DNA of 63,692 nt, filler included, from Basidiobolus ranarum (GCA_040143965.1; 13 parts of 13 records of this genome joined end to end with filler, not necessarily neighbours in it), one strand, 5' to 3'; positions 38,251-51,307 are shown, numbered from the whole stretch's first letter. Translations and numbers: made by a program. Notes: generated from the sequence alone by a model not told the origin.

Positions 38251-39043
38251 CTCCACATAATAGATGGGCTGTATGCAACTGGTGGGTTTGCATAGAGACC
38301 TTGCTTGTGAGTGTTCTATCCATGAAGCCTTTATTGTCATAGCTCTGGAGTTTGTGACAGTGATAGCAAGGCTCCATCAAAGATTTGGGCTGGGGCATGA
38401 AAAGGACATTGTGCTAGAAAAAAAGAACACCAGTGTCATAAGGGTAATAATTTAGCTATAATAAAGCAAACAGAGCAGCTGGTTCTAAGACATAGTTAAA
38501 GCTGAGTTGTTGGGAATTTTGAAAGTGGATGCCAGTGATGGATTGTAATTTTAGTTTATCAAGTTGTTTCAAAACTATTTGATCACACCAAGTTGACCAA
38601 TTCAACATTCAAGCATTATGGAAGAATGGCCACAGTGTAAATCCAAGTTGGCATTCAAGCAACAGCTGGCAAACCAGCAGAGAAAAAATCTGCAGATGCA
38701 GAAGACTTGGCTGATGAACTTTTCAGTAATATGTTGTGAGCCATAAGAGGCATTGAAGAGTTGAGAACTAATCCAAATAGTGATGAAGCTTTACTTGATA
38801 TACCCAGCATATTGTTTTCTAATGACAATGCAAGTGAAGAATTGATAATACCCCCATTACAAAAAAAGTCAGAGGCTGAGGAGGCAGTTCTATAGAACCA
38901 CCATCAAGATAATCAAGTCCCAAAATGTTTGTTGTACCAAGTAATGATTCTCTCTCCAGAGTCAATTTAGATACTACCACAATGGTGAGGGAATCCATTG
39001 TAGAACAAGTAATCATAAGTATAACATTGCATGTAGATAAAAT

Positions 39044-39221
39044 CCCTAACAGAAATTTGAGGATTGTAACCACAAGAAAACCATCACAATTTTAATCTAT
39101 ATTGGATTGACCATTTACTTACTGTCATAAAATCATCAAGTTAGATTTGATTTTAATCAACTTTTTCATTTTCAGGAGTGAAATCTCAAGATCTTGTAAA
39201 ATAGTTTCACACATTTGGCTA
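39044..39221 (+). repeat. Repeat family A end
   Basis: Starts CCCTAACAGAAATTTGAGGATTGT. Confidence 0.75.
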
Positions 39222-39321
39222 NNNNNNNNNNNNNNNNNNNNNNNNNNNNNNNNNNNNNNNNNNNNTTAATTAATTAANNNNNNNNNNNNNNNNNNNNNNN
39301 NNNNNNNNNNNNNNNNNNNNN

Positions 39322-39575
39322 TAGTTTACTATGAATTAAAACTATTAGATGTGCCTAGCTCAGTACAAACATGCCTGCAAAACATGGGTGAAAACTGGTG
39401 ATGATATGGATAGTTTTGAGAAAGTAGTGAAAATTGATTAAAGTGATCCAATTGATATCTGCATCAATAAGAGCAATAAACACTAATCTTTAAATGGCAG
39501 AATTGAGTGCTAAATAATGAAAATATGAATAATCTCACTACAAAATATTGAGTTAGTATTTACCTAAGTTCAACA
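39322..39575 (-). repeat. Family B LTR, partial
   Basis: Similar to about 5122-5375. Confidence 0.8.
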
Positions 39576-41950
39576 TTAATTGCACTTTTTTGCATTTATC
39601 ATGGGTCTGTAAGTAACTTTGTTAATCACATAGCTTATTGTGCGATAGCAGAGGCAGCCAATTACTTGACTTCTGTAGTAGGAAGTCCTATGGTTGGTTG
39701 CTTCTTACTATTCAAAGTTATGGCTACATTACCATAGATGAAACTATACCCAGTTGTAGAGCTTCAATCATCAAGGTTTCTTCCACAGTTTGCATTGCTG
39801 TAGCTTGAAGGTGTTGTGCATCAGAAGTGCCGGAGTATTCCAGAACAGTAGCTACAGTTCCTCTTATATACCTGATTACTTTTTGTACTGCTGTTTTGTG
39901 CTAAGTACTTAGATATATGAGGTATTGGCTGAAAGTTCCTACTGTGACTGCAGTGTTAGGATGTGTTCCAGTCAGTTTATACATCACTTTACCCACCATG
40001 TCTTGATAGGGGAACTCCTGGATTTATTTGAGTCATTTTAAGCCAAATCAGATTAAATATGATTAATTTGGCATTCCAATGCATTGGTGCCAATCTAGGC
40101 ATTCTATTCTTTGTATTGATGCATTTTAGGATGTCTAGAATATATCTAGACTAATTCAGCATGATTTTTGTTTGGGTATTATCTCTTATGATTTGGATTT
40201 TAAGGAAATAACTGAATTATCCATATCAGTCATCTGAAATTGTTTGATAAATTACTTTTTGTCTCATTGCTTACTACTGGAGCTTTCATGGCTTTGATCC
40301 AGTCACCCACATAGAGTGCCAAGATCAGGTTCATATTTTTGGATGTTCTGATATAAATACTGCGATCAGCTGAGCATTTTTGCATTCCAGTAATTCCAAT
40401 AGGAATCTATTCTGTTGTACCATGCTCAGGGTTCTTGCATGAGTTCATATAACAGCTTTTGCAGTTCACAGACCATATCTGGTTGCTTTGGGTAAACAAA
40501 TCCATCTGGCAGCTTCATATAGATCTCTTCTTCATAGATTTCCATTCAGAAACATCATTTTTGCATCCATTTGATGTAATTCAATGTTGTGAGTGGCTGA
40601 GAGTGCCAGGGTTGATCTATCAGAGCTAAACATAGATACTGGAGCAAAAGGTACATTAAAATCTACTTCTGGAGCCAGGGAACAAATTTTTGCAACTAAT
40701 CTTGCTTAGTACCTTTGTATGACTCCATTGATTTGGTTATTGAATTTGTGGACCCTATGCAAATTTTGGGTTTTCTCCCTGGCAGTAGAGGACTCAAAAC
40801 CCATGCTTTTTGGTCTTGACATGAAGAAAATTCATCAGACATTGGCTGTGACCATAATTCTGTTGCTGGTTGCTCCCAAGCTTGATCTAAAGTGTGTGGC
40901 TTGTAACACAAAGCTGCATAAGCATAGACATCATCATTGCAAGTGTTTGACCAGTTTCCTGGCTTATTCCTCCTTCTGGATGATCTTCTTGGTCTTGCAT
41001 CATCCTCGGATGTAACTTTGGCTGGAATTTTGGTTGAAGTGGGCTCAGATAGAGCTGAAATTTTGTCAGACACTTCCTGTACTGTGCTCATTGTATATGC
41101 TGGATCACAAATTGTGATTTGAGGTCAAAATTTGCTTTCTCATCATCTAGCACATCTCTGCATATATATAGCATCTAATTTTTGATATTAATCAATCTGT
41201 AGGCTTTAGATCCATCAGAGTAACCATGAAATATGCATTTACTGCTTTTAGGTCTCAAGTAACAGAGTTTTGGAGCTGGAATTTGGCAGTATGCTGTGCA
41301 ATCAAAGATCCTGAGATGATCTACACTTGGTTTTGATCCATATAAGGCTTCAAATGGAGTAGTATTTTGTAGCAATCTTGTTGGGTATATGCTTTTGATA
41401 TAGACTGTAGTGGAGACAGATACAGCCCAGTATTAGGGATCTAACTTTTGAACATGTAACATGGATTGAGCCATCTCCACTGTGATCCTATTAACATGTT
41501 CTGCAACTCCATCTTGATGTAGAGTACAAGGTGCAGTAGCTTAGTGCTTGATTCTATGTTGAGAATAAAAGCACTCAAAGTATTTAGAGCAGTATTCACC
41601 ACTACTATACCTCCTTGGTGCTCACATTTTTTGTACTAATTCTTTTTCTTTCATTGCTGTGTAGTGATTGAACATGGTTAGGGTTCAGAATATGATTTAG
41701 AAAGAATACCCATGTAATCTTGCTTTGTGATCAATTAAGGTAATAAAGTACCTTTTGCCACATATGCAACCACCACACAGATCCAATTTGGTGAAAGTCT
41801 TTTAAAGCCTGAAACAAGCGGATTTTGGATCATTTGGGTCCATTTTTGTTGACCAATGTGTCCTAATCTTCTACACCACATTTTAAATCTTATATACTGG
41901 TTTTGACCAAGTTTACATGCTCAGAGTGCAACTTGTTGATTTTGAACTTG
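39576..41950 (-). mobile_element. Decayed Ty1/copia pol (pre-integrase, integrase, RT, RNase H start)
   Basis: WCRRLGHIG, TPFEALYGSKPSVDHLRIF..KCIFHGYSDGSKAYRL, HQMDAK, EEIYMKLPDGF, STTGYSF and KKQPTI. Confidence 0.9.
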
Positions 41951-42479
41951 TACAACTTCTGAGTTTTGAACCCAGTAGCTAGTTTAGTATTAGACTTGTT
42001 CCATTTTATTGAGCCAGATCAGACCAGCTAAACAGTGTGCCAGCACAAATTGACATGATTGGGCACTATCCAGCATCATGTTATTAACCATTTTGGAAAC
42101 AGCTTATTATACTTATGTGTTATGTTCAGGAAAAGTACTTTTAAACATTATTGCACAATCAAAAGAAGATGAAAGCTTTATTCATAATTTCTTAATTCTA
42201 GAGCTCTCAATGGATATCTTTGAGTATGAATGTATTGAGAATTAATCAAGATTTTGACTACTTTGCCTAACTTTGAATGGGGCCTACAATATGATTTTCC
42301 TATATACATTCCTGCTACAATGTTATATCTCTTTAGGAAACCAAAGCTATGTTCTACTCTTGCTCTAAAATGGGTTAGAATAAAATAGCCACTAAATAAT
42401 GAGATGCTTTTTACCTAATTTAAGCAAATGGAACATACCTGGAGAAGCAACTTACTTCTGAAAGACTGGCAAATATACA

Positions 42480-43550
42480 TCTTGGTAACACTTTGACAGT
42501 TGAAGAAGAGTCTTTACACTTATATCTGTTCAAGAAATATAACTATGGCCTTGCCCACACTGCTGAAGAAAGAGGTTGTCTATCAGTTGAATACTTTTTA
42601 CCTGTCAAGATGCACATTGTTAAACACCTTGGGCTCTAAAGGCATATCCTATTCCTGCAAGACTAATGGAAAGGGTAGTTTACAATCTGTAGTCAAAAGT
42701 AGACTTATAAATTCCAGCTATCAATCACACAGAAACTCTTGGTTTGCTCCTTTAAAGATAAATAGAACTTTCAGATTCATTTAAGATGCTCAATAACTGA
42801 ACAGAGTCACAATCAAAGAGGCCATGCAGCTGCCTGATAGACATGAATACTGAGAGTTGGTTGCTAGTTATCCTCTATTGACAACTATTGACCATTACTC
42901 TGGATATAATCAAGTTGTTTTGCATCCAGACACCAGCAACTTTAATGCAATGGATACACCTATTGGACTTGTCAGAATAACCAGAATCCCTCATGGTTAG
43001 ACTAACTTAGCTCAAACATATCAAAGAGTAATGAACAGTCTTTGGAAGACTTTATTGCCACAATATGTCTCCATTTTGTTAATGATATTGGAGTAAAGAG
43101 CTAAACTAGTAGCCAAGATTCTACAATAGTACAGAATAAGGTTGGAGGCTTATTTCTTGAATAAATTAGGGAGGTGGAGAAGATTTGACACTACTGGCCA
43201 TCACAGTACAAGTTTATCAAGCACTTTGTTTTAACCCATATTTCTTCTCAGCAAAGATATCCTACCAAGGTCACAAGGTCTCTAAAACCACACTGGCAAC
43301 AAATACTTAACAAAAGCACATCTAGACATCACCAACCTTTCTAAAGATAACTCTGGACTCAAGTAAAGGGTTGATTGTAGAGATAACATTTCAGGAAAGG
43401 TAGAAGTAAGAATGCAGTTGCTACTTTTCTACAGGAAGATGTTTTCCTCTTACACGGATGTATTCAGGAAGTCGTATCAGAGAATGGAGATTGTGGTTCT
43501 CAGAAAGTTGTTGAACTTGTTAACAAACTTGTGTGCAAGTTGATTCACAC
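42480..43550 (+). mobile_element. Decayed Ty3/gypsy RT and integrase fragments
   Basis: SWFAPLK..FRFI, DHYSGYNQV, DTPIGLVRITRIPHG*TN..YQRVM and ATFLQEDV..HGCIQEVVSENG. Confidence 0.7.
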
Positions 43551-43552
43551 TA

Positions 43553-44119
43553 CCCTAACAAAAATAAACTCAATTTGATCCATATCAGATCAACTGCTTG
43601 GGATTGCAAAACTTTCAGAGGACTGTCACAGTATCAGTGGCTTGCATTCTGCCTGGGACTCAGATGGTAAGACCGTGGCTTCTTGATGGTATTTGGATGG
43701 TAAACAAGCATAATAAAGTATTTATCCGCATATTTGGCATGTATTATTTATTTCCAACAATTTTTCCTCAAAACTGATTTTCTTTTGGAATATTACTAGG
43801 TTGACTGCCATAGGAATATGAATTGGTATGCATGCTTTTGTTAGGATATCTTAGGCTTTATATTCCAGCCATATTGAGAATCAAAAAATACAAGAATCTT
43901 GTTGTGTTTAGTCACTACATGTGCACAAACTTGACCAATCAGACATAGTTCAATAACATCAACATCCTTTACCAGCAAACTGACAGTAGAAAAACTGCAA
44001 ATATCTATAGTTTTGAATAGCACTGACACTTAGCAAAGAGCTGACTCCAGTTACCATTCACAATGAGAATAAGCTCTTGGATTTTGGCAAGTTTCCATAA
44101 AGAGTTCAGTCAAGTATCC
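43553..44119 (-). mobile_element. End of a putative CMC-type element: CCCTAACAAAAATAAA terminus plus coding remnant
   Basis: Terminus matches the one at 59110 (inverted). 43860-44119 is homologous to about 60950-61210. Confidence 0.55.
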
Positions 44120-44220
44120 NNNNNNNNNNNNNNNNNNNNNNNNNNNNNNNNNNNNNNNNNNNNTTAATTAATTAANNNNNNNNNNNNNNNNNNNNNNNNN
44201 NNNNNNNNNNNNNNNNNNNC

Positions 44221-44291
44221 TTTCTTACAAACATATTATTCGGCCCCTTTCTTACAAACATATCATACGGCCCCTTTCTTACAAACATATT
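44221..44291. repeat. 27-bp tandem repeat (TTTCTTACAAACATATYATWCGGCCCC, about 2.6 copies) at contig edge
   Basis: Units begin at 44221, 44248 and 44275. Confidence 0.9.
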
Positions 44292-44679
44292 GTAGGTCTT
44301 CTTTCATGTAAAAGTACTCATTCCTCTACATTTTGCCATTGTTGGTAATGCAACAGTCACTTCTGCTCTAATTTTATCGTAGCCATTTGGGAAACCATTT
44401 GGGAAGGCCGGTAATTGCTTCCTGTATTGGTAAATTCCAATCACCTTTTCCGTCATCAAATAAAACATAAAACTATTCCGTATATATCTTTGATTATTCA
44501 TCAATTTCTACCACATTGGGTTTCTATCTCAAGTTGTCCGAAAAGCGGGCAAGGTGGGGAATAATTTATAAAGAAAATGCTCGAATTTCCTGTTTCAATA
44601 TGGATATGTGTATCTCCGTCATATGTCCGAATATTGGGATTATATATATACACCCAAATTAATCACTACTGATGCTCTC

Positions 44680-45840
44680 TCGGTAAGAGAGCTGAATCTT
44701 AGTGATTTGATTGATCAAAGCGCCTCAGGGTTATGGCAAGAGCCCACTTTTTCTTAGGGTTAGTCCAAACTGCTCCATTTGAATGCTTAGTCCGTATCAT
44801 GCAACTCTACTATGATAAAATGGTCCTCTACATGAAGCAAGCTCTTTTCAAATTAACCGTATTTGTTATGAAGAAGAGAAGGTTTCTTTGCAAACTGTCG
44901 AATTCTGGTCCACCATTTGGTCTGGTCTACTATATGCTAGGAAGAGATTGAAATATCCATTGAGGTTGCTCGATCAGATGGTTCAAGTTAAATATACTGC
45001 TACTCCGACTCTTGGCCATGTCTACAACAGCCTCATTAAGTGTATCAAGCCTGACGTTCACTTGAATGACCTAGTTACAGCTCTTGCGCAAGGATTGAAT
45101 GATTCTCATAAAATTGTGTCCAACTGTTGTTGGTCTTGGATTACCCTTTCTGAGAAGCTAGGTGGGGACCCTACTGCTGATACTTACGCTCTTTCCCCTA
45201 TTGCAAAGGAATCGTATTTTCTTGTATGTGAATCACCGACACTAGCAATAATGAAGCTAATGCTGGCACTTCTGCATATGAAGAAATCTCCACTCTCGTA
45301 ACCACTAGTGATAGAGATTGCTTCCCACAAATCTCTCAACTTTCCGTAGTAATTCTTGATGGACTGATGCTACTATCGCTCAACAGAACCAAATAATTGG
45401 TATCAATGAGAACAATGATTTGGAATTGCAATCTAATCCCTATGCCGTTTTAACCAATATCTCTAAAAAAACAGGCAGAGATTGCTGCTATATCCGCTAG
45501 AATTATGACAACTATTATTCAACTTGCGAATAGTTCTGGAAAGCAATCTACCATTCTAGAAGATATCTTTTTATCTGTTAATGCTATCACTACTTCACTT
45601 GAAGGTGAATTTGCTCATTATCTTGAGTCGTTTTCACCTTTCCTTTACTCTGCTCTACAAAATCATGAGGAACATCAACTCTGCTTGATTGCACTGGGAC
45701 TTATTGGAGATATATGCCATGGAGAGCAAGTTCTCCCATACTGTGATACCTTTATGCCACTTTTGGTTCAAACCCTTCAGAGTTCAGTATTACATCGTAA
45801 CGTTAAGCCTAATATTCTTTCTTGCTTTGGTGACTTCGAC
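44680..45840 (+). pseudogene. KAP95: Importin beta-1 (Kap95-like) pseudogene fragment
   Basis: FECLVRIMQLYYDKM, QTVEFWSTI, SNCCWS and LQNHEEHQLC..GLIGDIC..LHRNVKPNILSCFGD, with frameshifts and large internal deletions. Confidence 0.85.
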
Positions 45841-45844
45841 TAGA

Positions 45845-46855
45845 TCCCTCGCTTAGCGACAAGATCGAGGTTTTCGACACTTTAAAAATCGATGATTTAG
45901 AGAAAAAGGAGACGAAGCTAGTCCCAACAGACTTTGGAATTGCAACTGGCCCTACTCCATTACCGTTTGCTACACTAATGTTAGTCTCTCTTAAGCTTGC
46001 GTTGTCCTTCCCGTTGGCTAGTCTTGACATGACTATTGTGGCTCCAGCTCTACCCATGACTACTTCCGAGTTCGGCGCCTTTAATGAAATTGCTTGTTAG
46101 CCACGACATATATGTTGACTACTGCAGCCTGTCAACCTCTTTATGGAAAGGTAAAGGTTTCTTTTTAAACCATCTTATTCCGTACTCTGCATGATTCTAA
46201 GCTATATTTTAATTCTCGGATATTTTTGATCGCAAAGCCGCTTCTTCATTTACTATTATCATCTTCGAGGTTGGTAGCGCTTTATGCGAATCATCTCAGA
46301 GCATGGCAATGTTGATTGTAGCTAGGACAGTCGCTGGAATTGATGGTGGTGGTAGTGAGTATTCATGAATAATTCCTTTCTATTTCCGCCATCTAACTCT
46401 CTGTTCCTTTCGTTCAAGGGATGGTGTTTATTATTATCTCTGAAATCGTACCAATTCAAGAGCATGGAACAAATCAAGGATTGATTAGTGTTACCGAAGT
46501 TGAATAGCATTGGTAACTTGATTCAAGGCCCTCTTTACTAAACATTTCCTTTTCACTTAGTACAGAATCCCTTCTGTTGTAGGCCCTTTATTAGGTGTTA
46601 CTTCATTGATGATGTAACTTGAGGTACGCATCTTAAAGTTCTATGTAAATCTTTTTGATGAACACTATACACATGGATTCTTGTGGATAGGCCTTCTGTA
46701 TCAATCATCTGATAGGAGCTCTCACCGTCATTGCTGTCTCATTATATCTCCACCTACCTGTTAAGAAAAGTTCCTTTATGAATAAACCCTAACTATTTGA
46801 TTTTCTTGGGATCATTCTCCTCCTTTGTTTCATCGTTACTTTGTTACTACCGTGA
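45845..46855 (+). pseudogene. DHA2-type MFS transporter pseudogene fragment with introns
   Basis: LASLDMTIVAPALP..EF..TYMLTTAACQPLYGK, DIFDRK, IFEVGSALC..SMAMLIV and VAGIDGGG, with stops. Confidence 0.8.
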
Positions 46856-47307
46856 GGGGATAACTTAGTAAATCAACATAGCCTAAACTACTATATAGTT
46901 AATTCATATTTCACTAAGATATCGCCTACTACTTTCAATCGGAGTTTAGTTAGACGATCTTAAAAACTTGTCCTAGAGGCCAAAGACTTTGTACAAATGT
47001 TCCTGATGATTTACTTTGAAGATAACTATATTTACAAAACTTGTCTTAGAGGTCCTTCAACTTGCATACAAATTACTGAGTCATTCCTTAGCACACTCTA
47101 CATGTTTGTCTATTAGCCCATCAACAAAACTATAAGCATCTACTTTTCACATGACTTATCATTAAGTGAAAAACACTAATTTTTGCAGATAACCTGGCTA
47201 TTAGTATTAATCAGATAATGATTGTATGATAGTTCATCTAATCATAAGGTTGGGTTATCAGATTAAGGAGTTAGCATGTGACAAGTTGTTAGTATTGGGA
47301 AAATATG

Positions 47308-47500
47308 TGCTGTTTGGAGGAACTTTAGAAAAGTGGAGTTGTCAATAGCTTTGAGATAATTATTTATTGTCCAGAAATAAAGTATTTATACATTTTGGTA
47401 GAAATACAGAAAACTAACACTGGGATTGTGTTCAGGACATCTGTGGGAGTAAAATGAGCTATCTTTGGGGCAGTTTGGACCAGTTCAAAACTTCCAATAT
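47308..47500. repeat. Dispersed repeat E
   Basis: Close copy at about 57646-57800 (GCTGTTTGGAGGAACTTTAGAAAAGTG...). Confidence 0.75.
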
Positions 47501-48322
47501 GCAATTGCTAATTCTCACATTATTCACATATCTATATACTATATGTTCCGATTTTGAGTTAAGTAATATTTGACTAAGTACTGTTAACTAACTTATATGA
47601 GAAATATGAAATAGTTAGGTGTATAAAGATAGAGATAACAAATATGATCAAGACAATAAACTTCAACAGTTAGATTGAGTCACTGTGCAAGGTCAGAGAA
47701 GTTTCAGATATATAGATTTTCAAACTTGTGCTGGAAGATTCAAACTTTGTGCACAAGTAGCAGTGACCTTCCTTAACAAACTCTACATGTGTTTAGTGTA
47801 CATCATGACAAAAATTTCAATGTTACTTTTCTGCCCCTTGAGTTAACAAGTGACAACCACCAATTCTTCTGGTTCCCCACGCCACTTCTGATAGACTCCT
47901 GGAGTATATCAATACTTGCCATATTGCTACTATTTTATTCTAATATAGGACCCTCCAGGCAGAGTTTACAGCTATATCCAACTTGAAATACTTGTACTGT
48001 CTGATTTTTTATACTATAGAATTAGCAGGGCATTTTAGAGTCTACTCATTTTTTGGATTTTTAACAAGTGTAATATTGCAACTTAATAATAATGCCACCT
48101 CTACAACCCAATATGCTTAAACCTTTTTATCTAACAAGAAAACATATGTGCCACCAGAAATGAGGAGATACCTTGCCATGTCAGAAGAGAATAGTTCCTT
48201 CAGTACTCAGTTAAAGTACTCTTGTTACATGAAATAAGAGCACCTCTTTACCATAGAGTAAAACATTTTTTGTAGCTCAATTTGAAAATGCTTCTTATAA
48301 TAGTGCATTATATGGCTCTATA

Positions 48323-48661
48323 TGTTAAAGTATTCTGGGAGCCAATTGGAAGTGGTTTGGAGAAATATAAATTGGTGGGTTTCACTTTTTAATTTATTGA
48401 GTATAAAATTGACATTTGTCAAGATATGAACCAACTAATGTGTAGAATGTGTTAATGAAGGTCCTAGAAACATGTGTGCAAAACTAGGAGCTTTTAGCAC
48501 AAGTTATAAAATTCTCTCTTTCTGAGAACTTCTAAGTTGGTAAAAATATTCCAAGTAAATTGCAATTGAGAATAATGGGTGATAGCTCAGTGAGATATAG
48601 GATAAACAAATACCAAGGAATATATGACTGTATTGGTGCTTAGGTAATGCAAACTTCAATA
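48323..48661 (-). repeat. Solo LTR, family C (more decayed copies at about 46960-47160 and 47550-47950)
   Basis: Matches the 54218 LTR in reverse. Confidence 0.8.
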
Positions 48662-49116
48662 GAGTGAAGGTTGTGGTTGTTGCCCACTTGAGCACCAAGA
48701 GCATTTTAGCAGAAGAAGTAGAATATCAAACATTTAATTGCTTTAAAGTAAGCTGAAGGGCTTTTAATATTGTGCCACTGCCAAATAGTACGAATGTTTA
48801 CAATTGCACTGGATATATCTTTTCTACTTATCATATACCATTTAAATCAACAAATATTCATTTGTTATGTTCAGAACCTTTAACTCGTGCAATCATCCTA
48901 GTTTGTAACGAATAGTACAATCAACAATACCTTCTAAGAAAAGAAAGTCCACTACAAATACTAACCTGGTTGCACCACTTCATACAGAAGAATCTATGAT
49001 GATACATTCCGACATTNNNNNNNNNNNNNNNNNNNNNNNNNNNNNNNNNNNNNNNNNNNNTTAATTAATTAANNNNNNNNNNNNNNNNNNNNNNNNNNNN
49101 NNNNNNNNNNNNNNNN

Positions 49117-49339
49117 CTTTACTACCTTGTGGTGTTCGGCGATAAGCACCTTGACCGCCTAGGTAGTTGGCGGCTTGGCCACCATCACCGTAGTAACCTT
49201 GCCAAGCTCGTAGAGGGTAACGGATGTACTGAGGTTGCTTACCGTATAGAGGTTGTTGGCCATACTGAGGCTGACCATAGGCTTGGGCGGGATAAGGTTG
49301 CTGAGGAGCGTATCCTTTGTCTTGGTTGTATTCACTCAT
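49117..49339 (-). CDS. CYSTM-like P/Q/Y-rich small protein, paralog 1 (exon 1 only, truncated)
   Basis: MSEYNQDKGYAPQQPYP..YYGDGGQAANY..PQG|gt; the donor position matches paralogs 2 and 3. Confidence 0.7.
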
Positions 49340-49788
49340 GGCTCAAAAGAAGATTATTTAACAAGAACAAGTGGTGAAGGAAAGAGCGGAAGCGAAAGGC
49401 AAAATAAAGGTCGCGATTAAAGTGAAAGATTGAGGTGGAAGCTTATTGGCTACAGATCTATACGAAAATGAGAGAGAAATATCGAGAGGAGTGAGTAGGT
49501 GAATGGTTATTTATATTCTGTTGGGTGCAAATGCTAATGATCCTTGGCATTGCAAAGAAAATACTTTGGGAATTTCTGGAAAATCTGGTACACAGTTCTT
49601 CTAAATAGAAATCCTGCAATTGGATCAGCAGGTGGAGCAGTAAATATGTAGCGTTAAAATAGTCTCGATCTATATTTAGTGATTTATTTTAACAAACGAA
49701 TCTAATCATAAAAATGAAATAACACAGCGTATAATTAAGCGTATAATGAAGCGTATAATTATTTGTTTAATAATAAATATCATCACAT

Positions 49789-50147
49789 TCAACATGCATC
49801 GCACATCCAGCACATGGTAAGGCCAATATCACTAATGTTTTAAAAGGTTTGTTAGAAGATGCTTCGACAAGACAATGGAATAGGTTCCCTTACCAGCCTA
49901 AGCAGAGATTAAAGACCGTATCTGATTTATGTGATTGTTCAATATATATAGGTTGGGGATACCGCTGCGGCCGAGGAGGGTAGTAGCCTAGCCAGAGAAA
50001 GCATGTTTAGTATATGGTTATGATGGCAGAGCTAAGCATGTTGTCACCTTGTGGAGCGTGGGACCGTTGGCCTCGGTCACCAGGGTAGCTTTGAGTAGGT
50101 GCTTGAGGATATGGACTGTAGGAAGGCTGTTTGGGAGTGTCACTCAT
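49789..50147 (-). CDS. CYSTM-like protein, paralog 2 (3 exons, intact)
   Basis: MSDTPKQPSYSPYPQAPTQSYPGDRGQRSHAPQ|GYYPPRPQRYPQPIYIEQSHKSDTVFNLCLG|CDIGLTMCWMCDAC*. Not called in the ORF track. Confidence 0.8.
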
Positions 50148-50852
50148 GGTTTCTTATAGTGTATGTTATTCAACAAGAATGAATAGTGAATCAATAGAAA
50201 ACTGGAAACCAAATTAATTGATTTATAAGAAAGCAAGAGGGTAATGAATGTAAAGGTTGACGAGCAGTATTGCTTTATATTCTGCTCATTGATTCATGGC
50301 TTTGAAGCATATGTTCATGTTAAAAATCTAGTCACGGCTCTATATCTAGTTGCATCACTCTTCTGATTAGAAATTATAAGATAAGACTAGTAAAGGAAGT
50401 AATTGCAGGTGACCATTGGCTGGATTATCAGTGATTAAAAACAAAATCAAGTGGTGTCAAGAAGTGTCTCCAGGAGATATTGTTTGACCGAGCTGCCCCA
50501 CTCTCTTGGCTGGGTTAGAGAAGAAATCAGATTTAATCTAACTTTAATGGATAGTTCGATGTTGCCATCCTGATCTCAGATAAGTAGTTTTCATGTTGAA
50601 ATTTTGCATTCCATATTGGTTTAATTATTTATTTCAGTACCAAGAAATATCGCGTGAACTTAGAGTGGGAAATATGGTGTGGAAATGGCCACTCTTAGTC
50701 CCTCCCTCTCGCCCTCTAAAATGGCCACTCTTAATCATCTTCTCTCACTCTAATATGGATCTGTATCAAGTGATTCCTGGTTTCAAAACATAGAATTATC
50801 TGATGTGAAGCGTACAAGCCTATAATTCCAAATACCCATTTATTTACATTAA

Positions 50853-51307
50853 GCACAACCTCTGTCATCGTAAATACTCACTAAATACACTTTCGCTAGG
50901 CTACTACCCCCCTCAACAGCAGCAACAACCCCAAACTATAATTATTCAACAACAAACAGTAGATAAAGGGGAAGAAATATGCGTAGGCTGGTGAGTAAAC
51001 TTGTTCCATTCTAGCTGAAGTATCTTCTAACCGATTTTTTGAAACGTTAGTGCTGTTGGTTCTACCCTGTGCATGTTGTTCGACGAGGGGGGTAGTAGCC
51101 TAGCGAGAGAAAGTGTATTTAGTGAGTATTTACGATGACAGAGGTTGTGCGCATGTGATCACCTTGTGGTGGAGGAGCGTAGGGCCCTTGAGAGGCCTGA
51201 TAATTGGGAGCTTGACTGCCATCACCAGGGTAACTCTGAGTAGGTGATTGAGGGTATGGACTGTAGTAAGGCTGTTGTTCATATTTAGGGGGACTAATGT
51301 CACTCAT
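50853..51307 (-). pseudogene. CYSTM-like paralog 3 with exons 2-3 inverted between inverted repeats
   Basis: Exon 1 is 51307-51163 on the minus strand. Exon 2 (50900-50990), intron 2 and exon 3 (from 51051) lie on the plus strand. Inverted repeats at 50853-50914 and 51085-51150. Confidence 0.8.

Noticed and set aside
44221-44291. CRISPR-like repeat
   Set aside because: No spacers, no cas genes, and the context is eukaryotic.
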